From a virus: 64,000 bases of DNA. The notes under the pieces are model-generated. The model was not told where the DNA came from. It saw nothing but the letters and a program-made list of their open reading frames with translations, and did not search any database. Each line of letters starts with the position of its first letter. Within the stretch, counting starts at the first letter, position 1. Of the stretch, positions 7,140-15,041 are shown piece after piece. Where the stretch lies: positions 32,001 to 96,000 of IMG/VR virus record IMGVR_UViG_3300030419_007641; one strand, 5' to 3'. A program made the translations under genes and the position numbers.

Positions 7140-7478
7140 ATGAAACGTATTGGTGATAGAGAAGATCCTATTTGGAAAACATTCATTGAAAGTAAAAAGC
7201 CGGACTTCCTTGATTTTGACAAGGATGGCAACAAAGAAGAGCCAATGAAGGATGCTCTCAAGGATAAAGATATAGAACATAACTGAGCTACTCACGTAGC
7301 GCCGGTCGGTGCTGAAGAAAATGAGGAGTTCAGAGTTATTGATCATAGCTTAACGTCACAGGGAATAATTGAAGAGTACTATGTTGATGTTAATGGCTTT
7401 TTAGTGACGATGAAAGCTAGTGACGTTAAAATTATTCGCGAGCAATCTCATAAACATCCTAAGAAAAAGAAAAAATAG
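7140..7478 (+). CDS. candidate selenoprotein, 112 aa with in-frame TGA at codon 49; putative virion/internal head protein
   Basis: MKRIGDREDPIWKTFIESKKPDFLDFDKDGNKEEPMKDALKDKDIEHN*ATHVAPVGAEENEEFRVIDHSLTSQGIIEEYYVDVNGFLVTMKASDVKIIREQSHKHPKKKKK; TGA at 7284..7286; frame stays open to TAG at 7476..7478. Confidence 0.7.
7297..7314 (+). promoter_or_regulatory. candidate bacterial SECIS hairpin
   Basis: Stem (T)AGCGCC/GGTGCT(G), loop GGTC at 7304..7307, 17 nt after the TGA. Confidence 0.65.
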
Positions 7479-7483
7479 AATGA

Positions 7484-8956
7484 ATGAAGGCAAGCGAACA
7501 TAGTTATTATGCTCCGGTTGCTAATGTTGTTTATGTACCAGAACAGGACCCTATAGAAAATATAGTACGTCGACAAGAAAATCGTAGCAAAGCAATCTCA
7601 TTAGGCATTTCTATATGCATCATTGGTCTGTTAATGATGCTACTAGCATTTTTAACTATTGCCATTTTAAAAGATGAACAGATAGAATTAATAGTATCTG
7701 CGACACAGGGCCAAAAAGAAGTAAAGATTAATAAAAATACCTTTGCTACTTCTGTTCGCAACAGTAGACCCTCTAGACCTGATAGCAAGCCAGCTGATGT
7801 TATCGTATCTAATAATCTTTCAAATATATCATTACCGTCTGTTGATAGTTTAGCGCCAACTATAGGTACTAGTTTTAATGATGGGTTTGGCGCCGGTGGA
7901 TTTGGGACTGGTATTGGAGGCGGCTTTAGAGTACCTACAGCTATGGGAGGTAGATGTGGTACATCTGATAGAATTAATCGTTTAATTAAAGCAGGTGGTA
8001 AGAGAAAAATGGACACTCAGGTCTTAAATGCTCTGAGATGGATCAAATCTCAGCAGAAGCCGGATGGTTCTTTTGGTACAAAGTTTCCTATCGCAATGAC
8101 ATCGTTTGCTTTACTAGCATATAGCGGTCATTGTGAGACTGTTGATTCACCTGAGTTCGGTAAATCAGTTAAAGCTGCAATTGAGTATCTCTTGGATGTA
8201 TCAGATAAAGGTAAGGGATATATTACAACCTCTCGTGATCGTAACCTTTCATATGAGCATGGCATTGCAATGTATTCATTAGCAGAAGCTTATTCTATGA
8301 ATAAGAATGCTCGTACCTCTTTTAGGAGAATATCTCCTGCGCTTAAGGTAGGCATTCCAATAGTAATTGAAGGTCAGACAAATGGAGGTGGGTGGTTATA
8401 TTCCTATGGATCAAATGGTACAGGAGACTTATCTGTCTCTGGGTGGAATATACAAGCGTTAAAGGCAGCCGAGCTAACTGGCATTAAATTTTCTGGACTA
8501 GAAAGAGCCAAACAAAAAGCTGTCCGTTATTTGAAGTCAGCTGAAGATCCTAATGGCACTGATGGCTACTTTAGATATAGAGTAAATGATGGTCAACGAG
8601 GTAAATTATCTCTCACAGGAGTAGGAGCTTACAGCGCTAGAATGCTGGGGGCACCTTCGAAACTCGAAGACAAATCTTTAGATTTAATTATCTCTAAGAA
8701 ACCTAAATCATTTCCTCCTAACCAAGCATATGCTTGGTACTATCATTCTTTAGCAGCATTTCAAAAACAAGGTAACCACTGGAGGCAATATAACGATTCG
8801 TATCAAACACTAATATCTGAATCACAGCAGAAAGACGGGTCATGGCTTCCTTCCGGTGGTCATGGTCAAGTTGGACCTGATGGAGCATTATACTCAACAT
8901 GCCTCTGCACTTTAATGCTGGAGGTCTATTATAGATACCTACCCTCTTCTAAATGA
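7484..8956 (+). CDS. membrane-anchored prenyltransferase/squalene-cyclase-repeat (alpha-barrel) protein, PVC type
   Basis: TM helix, Gly-rich linker, then QW-like repeats QQKPDGSF, QTNGGGW and QQKDGSW, plus DLSVSGWNIQALKAA and YSTCLCTLMLEVYYRYLP. Confidence 0.85.
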   Translation: MKASEHSYYAPVANVVYVPEQDPIENIVRRQENRSKAISLGISICIIGLLMMLLAFLTIAILKDEQIELIVSATQGQKEVKINKNTFATSVRNSRPSRPDSKPADVIVSNNLSNISLPSVDSLAPTIGTSFNDGFGAGGFGTGIGGGFRVPTAMGGRCGTSDRINRLIKAGGKRKMDTQVLNALRWIKSQQKPDGSFGTKFPIAMTSFALLAYSGHCETVDSPEFGKSVKAAIEYLLDVSDKGKGYITTSRDRNLSYEHGIAMYSLAEAYSMNKNARTSFRRISPALKVGIPIVIEGQTNGGGWLYSYGSNGTGDLSVSGWNIQALKAAELTGIKFSGLERAKQKAVRYLKSAEDPNGTDGYFRYRVNDGQRGKLSLTGVGAYSARMLGAPSKLEDKSLDLIISKKPKSFPPNQAYAWYYHSLAAFQKQGNHWRQYNDSYQTLISESQQKDGSWLPSGGHGQVGPDGALYSTCLCTLMLEVYYRYLPSSK

Positions 8957-9102
8957 AAGCTGGTACCTTATCGTGGTTAAGAACCCTCATTGGGATAGGC
9001 ATTCTATTCTTTCTCCTATGTATGATGGCAGAAGATAGGAAGCATCAGACAGAAATGAAAGGTAGTCTAGAAAAGATAGAGAACATTCTAACGCCGGAAT
9101 AA
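8953..9102 (+). CDS. 49-aa membrane protein
   Basis: Manual translation MKAGTLSWLRTLIGIGILFFLLCMMAEDRK...; ATGA overlap with the upstream stop. Confidence 0.55.
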   Translation: MKAGTLSWLRTLIGIGILFFLLCMMAEDRKHQTEMKGSLEKIENILTPE

Positions 9103-9114
9103 ATATACAAAGAA

Positions 9115-10656
9115 ATGGTCTCCTTTAAAGTATATTATGAAGCTAATATAGCTAATGCTGAAGATGTCAAGAACGAGATAGTAACCCTTTTGCAGCAGAA
9201 TAGGCGCCAGGGCAAGCCTAACTTAGAGCCCGGTGGGCCTATCTATAAGTGGTTTACTAATAACCTTATGAAGTTTTTAACCGGTCCGGCAACTAGTGTT
9301 TCATTCCCTTTCCAGCAATCATTAATAGGTTTAGAACCTCATAAGTATAAAGAAGGTGAACCAGAGTGGATGAAGAAAGATGATGTTGTAGATTATACTG
9401 AGGTTGGTGATTGGAATAAGATGGAGCATATAATGGATTACTTTAACTCTTTATCAGATCGTGAAAGAGAAAAGATAGTTAAAAAGCCATATGAGCAAGT
9501 TGATAAAGAAGTAGCACAATGGGATAAAGAGTTAGCTGAACAGGAGAAATCATCAGAGGGTCGATTAAAAAAAGATAAAGACTACGAGGTTCTTTATAAG
9601 GACGGTGACTATACATGGGTTAAGTTAAAGACTAAAGCAGCCTATGAATGTGAAGGAGAAGGTATGGGTCACTGTGTTGGAGGATATGATCCTGATAACC
9701 CCAATAACACAATAATTTCTCTTTGGGATAAGAAAGGCGAACCTCATGTAACATTAGAGGTTAGCGGGAAAGAAGACGGTTATCAGGAGATGGTACAAAT
9801 CAAAGGAAAGCAAAATGCTGCGCCGACGGAAAAATACAAAGACATAACTGCTAAATTTGTGCAAAGCTGGATGGAAGACCCAGAGTACAATGAAGATCCA
9901 GATGAGCCAGATCGCGTAGTAGTTGGGGATGGCGACAATATAGGGATGATTTCATATGATGACTGGATGGGGGGATCTGGCCCTGGGAGACATTACTTTT
10001 TTCCAGACTCAAAACTATGGGAAAGGATATACAAAAAAGAAATTATTCCTGCTCAAAAAGACAGAATAGAAAAGAATAAAAAGGCAATACATAAAGAGGA
10101 GGGCCAAACATACATAGACGGTAATCTGAATTTGGCGTATATGTATTTGAGAGAGATTCCTAAAGAGCTGGGAGTTGCAGTAGTTGAAGGTGATCTCAAC
10201 CTACAGAGAAATCTTCTAACTAATTTAAAGAATAGTCCTGAACATGTCGATGGTGACTTATATGCTGGACAGAATTACATCGAAACACTTGAAGGTGGTC
10301 CTGAACATGTTGAGGGTGACTATAAAATAGCTTACAATAAGCTTAAAAATCTAAAGGGCATCGCGAAGTATATCGGCGGCGATCTTCACATCGAAGGCAA
10401 TCCTCTAGAGTCTCTGGACGGTGCACAGGACACAGTTGTTATGGGGAAAATTTTTGTTGGTGGATGGCCTATTCCCGATCGGTTCGAACCTAGGGCGTTA
10501 CCTGCTCCGGTGCGCGGCCTTCACGGCGACCATCGCGGAAGTATTCGTGCCGGTGCACCTGACTTCCTACAGCCTGATGCGATAAGAGATGCTTTTAAGT
10601 GGCCTGATAAAGGTCGAACGGGCCTTACCTACCTTCCGCCGAGGACGCAGTACTAG
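9115..10656 (+). CDS. PcfJ-like domain plus LRR-like repeats, late gene with MVSFKVYYE leader
   Basis: EGEGMGHCVGGY...SLWDKKGEPHVTLEV...QIKGKQNA; repeats N-L-x-x-L-x-G-x-P-x-x-V-x-G-D. Confidence 0.7.
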   Translation: MVSFKVYYEANIANAEDVKNEIVTLLQQNRRQGKPNLEPGGPIYKWFTNNLMKFLTGPATSVSFPFQQSLIGLEPHKYKEGEPEWMKKDDVVDYTEVGDWNKMEHIMDYFNSLSDREREKIVKKPYEQVDKEVAQWDKELAEQEKSSEGRLKKDKDYEVLYKDGDYTWVKLKTKAAYECEGEGMGHCVGGYDPDNPNNTIISLWDKKGEPHVTLEVSGKEDGYQEMVQIKGKQNAAPTEKYKDITAKFVQSWMEDPEYNEDPDEPDRVVVGDGDNIGMISYDDWMGGSGPGRHYFFPDSKLWERIYKKEIIPAQKDRIEKNKKAIHKEEGQTYIDGNLNLAYMYLREIPKELGVAVVEGDLNLQRNLLTNLKNSPEHVDGDLYAGQNYIETLEGGPEHVEGDYKIAYNKLKNLKGIAKYIGGDLHIEGNPLESLDGAQDTVVMGKIFVGGWPIPDRFEPRALPAPVRGLHGDHRGSIRAGAPDFLQPDAIRDAFKWPDKGRTGLTYLPPRTQY

Positions 10657-10898
10657 GCGCAGATACTTCTGCTGAAGTTCTTCACCGCTGACCTAGCGCC
10701 ATTAGGAGTAAAGTACTTCTTATTAGCAGCATAAGTCTCCGCAGACATAATTTCTATCTCCCCCGCAGTCTTATGGCCATATACCATTCGACCCTTCGAT
10801 TTAGAAACATCAGGACCAGCATGAGCACATGCAGCACAGTTAACAAAACCATACTCAGCCCGCTCAGGCTCCACTATATTACCACATCCGCAATTCAT
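10653..10898 (-). CDS. C4 zinc-finger protein (DksA/TraR-like)
   Basis: CGCG...ERAEYGFVNCAAC. Confidence 0.55.
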   Translation of the reverse strand: MNCGCGNIVEPERAEYGFVNCAACAHAGPDVSKSKGRMVYGHKTAGEIEIMSAETYAANKKYFTPNGARSAVKNFSRSICA

Positions 10899-11086
10899 TA
10901 CCAGGCAGCGTAAATAGCTTGAGGAGAGTCTAAGAACTCTCTCTTCTTGCGCTTTTCCTCCTCGTTAAAACTACGCTCATTTTCCTCCTCGACGATCTGG
11001 TCTTTGATGAATCCTTTCATATCTTCATCGCAAAGACCATGAGCTTTTGCAAACTCTCTATCAGACTTACTTAAGGTCACTATCAT
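10898..11086 (-). CDS. hypothetical protein
   Basis: ORF track. Confidence 0.6.
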   Translation of the reverse strand: MIVTLSKSDREFAKAHGLCDEDMKGFIKDQIVEEENERSFNEEEKRKKREFLDSPQAIYAAW

Positions 11087-11135
11087 AACTAAATATAAAC
11101 TCTTTTGTATAATGGTTCAACTACTTCGTACCATT

Positions 11136-11153
11136 ATTTTACATGAGTTCCTT
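11136..11153 (-). promoter_or_regulatory. early/middle promoter motif AAGGAACT-CATG-TAAAAT
   Basis: Motif copy. Confidence 0.6.
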
Positions 11154-11334
11154 ATGAAATTGACCCTCTTTTTGCATACCAATCCATTATCTCGTAATGG
11201 AAAGTCTTTTCATCTACATCAGGACTAACAGGAATGTGCCATCCAGGCTCTACGGCGTCTCCTTTTTGGTAGACGTCTATTCTGTTTAGTTCTTTATCTA
11301 ATTCGAAAGTGTATTCTCCGATTTTTCCTCTCAT
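11152..11334 (-). CDS. hypothetical protein
   Basis: ORF track. Confidence 0.6.
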   Translation of the reverse strand: MRGKIGEYTFELDKELNRIDVYQKGDAVEPGWHIPVSPDVDEKTFHYEIMDWYAKRGSIS

Positions 11335-11335
11335 T

Positions 11336-11581
11336 TTATAAAATGCTGTTAAGGTCTGCTTCTATTAATTTTGTCATGAATAAATGACTTATCAAATCTA
11401 ACCCCTCACTGATGTCTGATCCAATGTAGTCATCTATAATAGTATGCACTCTTAGCCTAGTGATTTCAACTATATTTTCTGAAATTGTGTAGTGTGCTTG
11501 AATAAACACCCCATCCCCGTCTGGGGATGGGGGTATAACTATTCTGTGAACCTTCTGCGTTCTGCGCACAACTTTATGCAC
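11336..11581 (-). CDS. hypothetical protein (start uncertain)
   Basis: ORF track; contains a terminator-like hairpin. Confidence 0.4.
   Translation of the reverse strand: MHKVVRRTQKVHRIVIPPSPDGDGVFIQAHYTISENIVEITRLRVHTIIDDYIGSDISEGLDLISHLFMTKLIEADLNSIL
11500..11532 (-). terminator. intrinsic-terminator-like hairpin downstream of the DUF932 gene
   Basis: Perfect 10-bp stem CCCCATCCCC-AGAC-GGGGATGGGG followed by TGTTTATTC. Confidence 0.55.
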
Positions 11582-11582
11582 C

Positions 11583-12422
11583 TTAAGATACTTTAGCTGC
11601 TTTAGGTGTCTGAAGGATCTTCAGAGCCTTGTTAGCAAGGTTACCGTTCAGCAGTCCCCTGACAAGCTTCTCAGGTGTCTGCTTGCGATTGTGAGTTTCG
11701 AACTCGGTGATAGCGTTGAATGCATCCCACCTGGTCTCTCCTACGTTCCCCACTCCACTCTCGTAGAGCTCGACAAGCTTTTCGCGCTTGTTGTTGCGCT
11801 TGACAGACTCGTCCTTCTCAACCGGAATAAGCTTTTGAGTAAGCTTGACCATCTGGTCGCGACTGAACTTAGCGTTCTTAAGAAATTCTACTACTCCGCC
11901 GAACCCTTTAACAGTTTGGATGTTCTCGATAATGCGACCAATCATAACATCAACATTTGCCTCGAAGGTATCAGAGTGCCTGAGACGGTCACCTTTGCGC
12001 TTCTCAATTAAGTGAAAAGCATTGTCGCAAGAGATCCGCTGAGTAGATGGCGCGACTTTGTTTGACCCCATACCTGTGTTATCAACAACAGTGTAGAAGT
12101 ATCCTTCAATCTTGTCTCCATCGACGTTTATTTCGTCCTGAAGTTTCGATTGAACGACTACCTTCCTACCGTTACCGGTTGTGGTATAGCCGATGTGATC
12201 AATGCCTCCAACTCTGTCGCTAGCAGTGTTGAGTACATCAAACATTTCTTCCATCTGAATCGGGCGGTATTTTTCTCCGCAAGACCCGAGATGCGCATTC
12301 GTATCAGAGCGTTGCAAAGCAAATACTCCGTCGTGTTGGCCCCTGCTATCAAACAGCGGCTCTTTAACTACCTCAAAGCGAGGTACTTCTTCTAGTGTGT
12401 TGATTTCTGTTAAGAATCCCAT
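11583..12422 (-). CDS. DUF932-family phage protein
   Basis: R-S-D-T...LG...Y-x-P-I-Q; RISCDN; RH(S)...; TRWDAFNAITEFETH pattern. Confidence 0.75.
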   Translation of the reverse strand: MGFLTEINTLEEVPRFEVVKEPLFDSRGQHDGVFALQRSDTNAHLGSCGEKYRPIQMEEMFDVLNTASDRVGGIDHIGYTTTGNGRKVVVQSKLQDEINVDGDKIEGYFYTVVDNTGMGSNKVAPSTQRISCDNAFHLIEKRKGDRLRHSDTFEANVDVMIGRIIENIQTVKGFGGVVEFLKNAKFSRDQMVKLTQKLIPVEKDESVKRNNKREKLVELYESGVGNVGETRWDAFNAITEFETHNRKQTPEKLVRGLLNGNLANKALKILQTPKAAKVS

Positions 12423-12450
12423 GTTTTTTGTTGTTATTTGTTACTCCTAT

Positions 12451-12468
12451 ATTTTAACCTAGTTCCTT
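12451..12468 (-). promoter_or_regulatory. early/middle promoter motif AAGGAACT-AGGT-TAAAAT
   Basis: Motif copy. Confidence 0.6.
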
Positions 12469-12909
12469 AAGGTCAAATCTTTCAAATTTTTCTTGGGCTT
12501 TCTGATAATTATCATAAATCTTGATAATTTCGCTAGTGAGTTTTTCTTGCTTTCTAGCATCTTTCTCCTCAGTAGAATTATAATAAGCTCTGTAGGAGGA
12601 GAATCGCGCAACTACATCATAGTCGAAAATTGTTTGCTGAAATGCGTGTCTCAACTCATGCAAAATACTACTAATAATATATCTCCTATTACCGTCTATA
12701 TCTAGATTTATTTTATAAAACGGTTCAGTAAACTCCTCTAGTTTTTCTAGTGTCGATGTCTTTTCCTCTCTGCTTTTATGAACTAAACATCGGAAATATA
12801 GATCCTTTTTGAAACCTCTATTGAAAATTTCTGAAAAGATCCTGCTTAATAGATTAAAATCTAGACCTGTATCTTTTTGTACCCTTCTTGATGGGAAAAA
12901 ATTAATCAT
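12454..12909 (-). CDS. HExxH zincin-like metalloprotease-fold protein
   Basis: SILHELRHAFQ...EEKDAR. Confidence 0.6.
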   Translation of the reverse strand: MINFFPSRRVQKDTGLDFNLLSRIFSEIFNRGFKKDLYFRCLVHKSREEKTSTLEKLEEFTEPFYKINLDIDGNRRYIISSILHELRHAFQQTIFDYDVVARFSSYRAYYNSTEEKDARKQEKLTSEIIKIYDNYQKAQEKFERFDLKELG

Positions 12910-13094
12910 CCTACTTTTTTTATGATTGGGTCATGATACCCCTTTACTAATAATTCTTCACGCACTTCTTCGGCTCTCTTTAAAGTATCTATTTGTTCCT
13001 TATAAAACCGTAGTAGCCCTCCACTATCTTCTCTATATTCGACAAGATACTTTCCATAAACAAAAGGTTTTACGGGCGGTCTTCTTTTAGGCAT
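12906..13094 (-). CDS. hypothetical protein
   Basis: ORF track; motif at 13102..13119 lies 7 nt upstream. Confidence 0.65.
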   Translation of the reverse strand: MPKRRPPVKPFVYGKYLVEYREDSGGLLRFYKEQIDTLKRAEEVREELLVKGYHDPIIKKVG

Positions 13095-13101
13095 TTACTT
13101 T

Positions 13102-13119
13102 ATTATAGGCTAGTTCCTT
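13102..13119 (-). promoter_or_regulatory. early/middle promoter motif AAGGAACT-AGCC-TATAAT
   Basis: Motif copy. Confidence 0.7.
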
Positions 13120-13142
13120 ACGAGTTCAACATAAATAATTAT

Positions 13143-13613
13143 GTGTTGGAACAGATTATATTAGAAAATAGCTCAGAAAAACAAGCTAAGCTTTTGGAGC
13201 CGGCAAAGCGTGCACATAAAAAGCCAGATATTGGCGTCGAAATCCAAAATAAATCAGCTTACTATGTTATTCGAGACTGCGCAATGATTACGCAAAAGTA
13301 TCTTGTTCATCACATTTGGAGCTCTTACCAGAACCCGTTTGAAGCCTTGAAAGGAAAATTTACCAAGGAGCATATAGCAGATTTTTTGAAAAGAGCTAAA
13401 AAGGATAGCGCTGTTAATCATCTCAAACATATTGTTATTAATGACATTAAAGATAGGTTTGATACTACCATAACTACTACAACTAACTTTGATTATAGTA
13501 AGGAAGAAGATGATATTTATAAGTACTATAGTGACGCAGAAGAGACAGAAGATGAGACCGTCGTAGAGCAACAAATGACTGAAGAAGAAATGCTCCTAAA
13601 ATATTTGACCTAG
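13143..13613 (+). CDS. late hypothetical protein with acidic tail
   Basis: GTG start 5 nt below TAAATA (13132..13137). Confidence 0.7.
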   Translation: MLEQIILENSSEKQAKLLEPAKRAHKKPDIGVEIQNKSAYYVIRDCAMITQKYLVHHIWSSYQNPFEALKGKFTKEHIADFLKRAKKDSAVNHLKHIVINDIKDRFDTTITTTTNFDYSKEEDDIYKYYSDAEETEDETVVEQQMTEEEMLLKYLT

Positions 13614-13616
13614 GAG

Positions 13617-14609
13617 TTAGGATGTATATTTTTCAACATAGTACTTAATTGTTTCCTCAAGAAAGAATCCTCCCTGGCAATTTACAGCGTGTAAGCTGTG
13701 CTTTGTAGAAAGCGCATATTTAAAATCGTGGCCTTTCCTATCCTCTACAAACTCTATATACTCCATGCGCGCCCCTTCTCGCTTTCTTTTATACTCCGGG
13801 TAATGAAATTCCATACGATCAATAATTTCGTTAACTACTCTTATATTAGATTGTTCTATACAACCGGGAATATTGTATACTTCACCCGACTCACCTTCAG
13901 CTAGTACTTCTAAAATAGCCTCAGCATGGTCTTCAACGTGTACCCATTCTCTAATATTCTCTCCCGTTCCATAAACAGGTATTTTATCTCCTCGAATGAT
14001 AGATCTAATTACAGTCGGAATTAATTTTTCGTCATGTTGCCGTGGTCCATAATTATTACAGCACCTGGTAATACAAGCGTTAATGCCAAACGTTTCAATA
14101 TAAGCCTGTACAAGAAGATCTGAACTAGCTTTAGTTGCTGAATAAGGCGACCTAGGAGCAAGAGGACTCTCTTCTGTAAAGGGAGGATCATCCTTTCCTA
14201 AATGACCGTACACCTCATCAGTAGAGACATGTACCATTCTAGCATTGTGCTTTCTAACTATCTCTAAAATATTTGCTGTCCCCTTTACGTTAGATTCAAC
14301 AAACGCTAATGGGTTATCAATTGAACGGTCTACATGTGACTCAGCTGCTAAATGAATTACATGATCAATTTTTTTTGGAAGATAATCTTCGATATAGTCA
14401 GAGCAAATATCAACATGTATATTAGTAACTGGCGCTTCTGGCTTTGTGCGAATATTTTTATAACAAGAACCAACGCCCATTTTATCTACATTGTAGATAT
14501 TAATAGCATCCGGATCTTCTAAATTTTTACATTTGGCTAAAACAATTAGTTTATCGATTACATATGAACCAATGAAACCACATCCACCTGTTACTAATAT
14601 ATTGCTCAT
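13617..14609 (-). CDS. rmlB: dTDP-glucose 4,6-dehydratase
   Basis: GGCGFIG, HLAAESHVDRSI, STDEVYG, SPYSATKA, CNNYGPRQ. Confidence 0.93.
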   Translation of the reverse strand: MSNILVTGGCGFIGSYVIDKLIVLAKCKNLEDPDAINIYNVDKMGVGSCYKNIRTKPEAPVTNIHVDICSDYIEDYLPKKIDHVIHLAAESHVDRSIDNPLAFVESNVKGTANILEIVRKHNARMVHVSTDEVYGHLGKDDPPFTEESPLAPRSPYSATKASSDLLVQAYIETFGINACITRCCNNYGPRQHDEKLIPTVIRSIIRGDKIPVYGTGENIREWVHVEDHAEAILEVLAEGESGEVYNIPGCIEQSNIRVVNEIIDRMEFHYPEYKRKREGARMEYIEFVEDRKGHDFKYALSTKHSLHAVNCQGGFFLEETIKYYVEKYTS

Positions 14610-15040
14610 TTTATAATGTCGGGGTTCTGTTTAATAGTTTGTTTTGTGATTAGATCTTTTAACTTTGTTGTAGACCAATCATGAGACCTAGTTGTGTAAA
14701 TGACCTTTAAAGGTAAATCATCACCGGTGAAAGATTTACCGATATAGTCCTCTCCGAGAATTCTAACATGTGGCTTCCAGAATTTGATCAGCTCATATAA
14801 CTCTTCTTCTGTTTGATAGATATATACATCATCAATATATTTGATAGACATTAATGTTCTATACCTTTCGTACAACGGTATAACAGGCCTATACTTAGTA
14901 TACCTTGTAGCTGAAGGGTCTCTTTGCAAGAACACTAAAAATTTATCACAATGTCTCTTTGCTTCTTCAAAAGTATATATGTAACCTGGATGTAATAAAT
15001 CAAAGTTACCGGCTGTAAATCCTATTATTTCGTTCTTCAT
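14606..15040 (-). CDS. stand-alone cytidylyltransferase-family nucleotidyltransferase (TagD/RfaE-like)
   Basis: TAGNFDLLHPGY (HxGH variant), GEDY, WSTT. Confidence 0.85.
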   Translation of the reverse strand: MKNEIIGFTAGNFDLLHPGYIYTFEEAKRHCDKFLVFLQRDPSATRYTKYRPVIPLYERYRTLMSIKYIDDVYIYQTEEELYELIKFWKPHVRILGEDYIGKSFTGDDLPLKVIYTTRSHDWSTTKLKDLITKQTIKQNPDIIK

Positions 15041-15041
15041 T

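Noticed and set aside
7140-7478. Simple pseudogene or two separate genes
   Set aside because: Not preferred, though not excluded: the promoter is intact, the downstream frame is open with no early start codon, and a correctly spaced SECIS-like hairpin is present.
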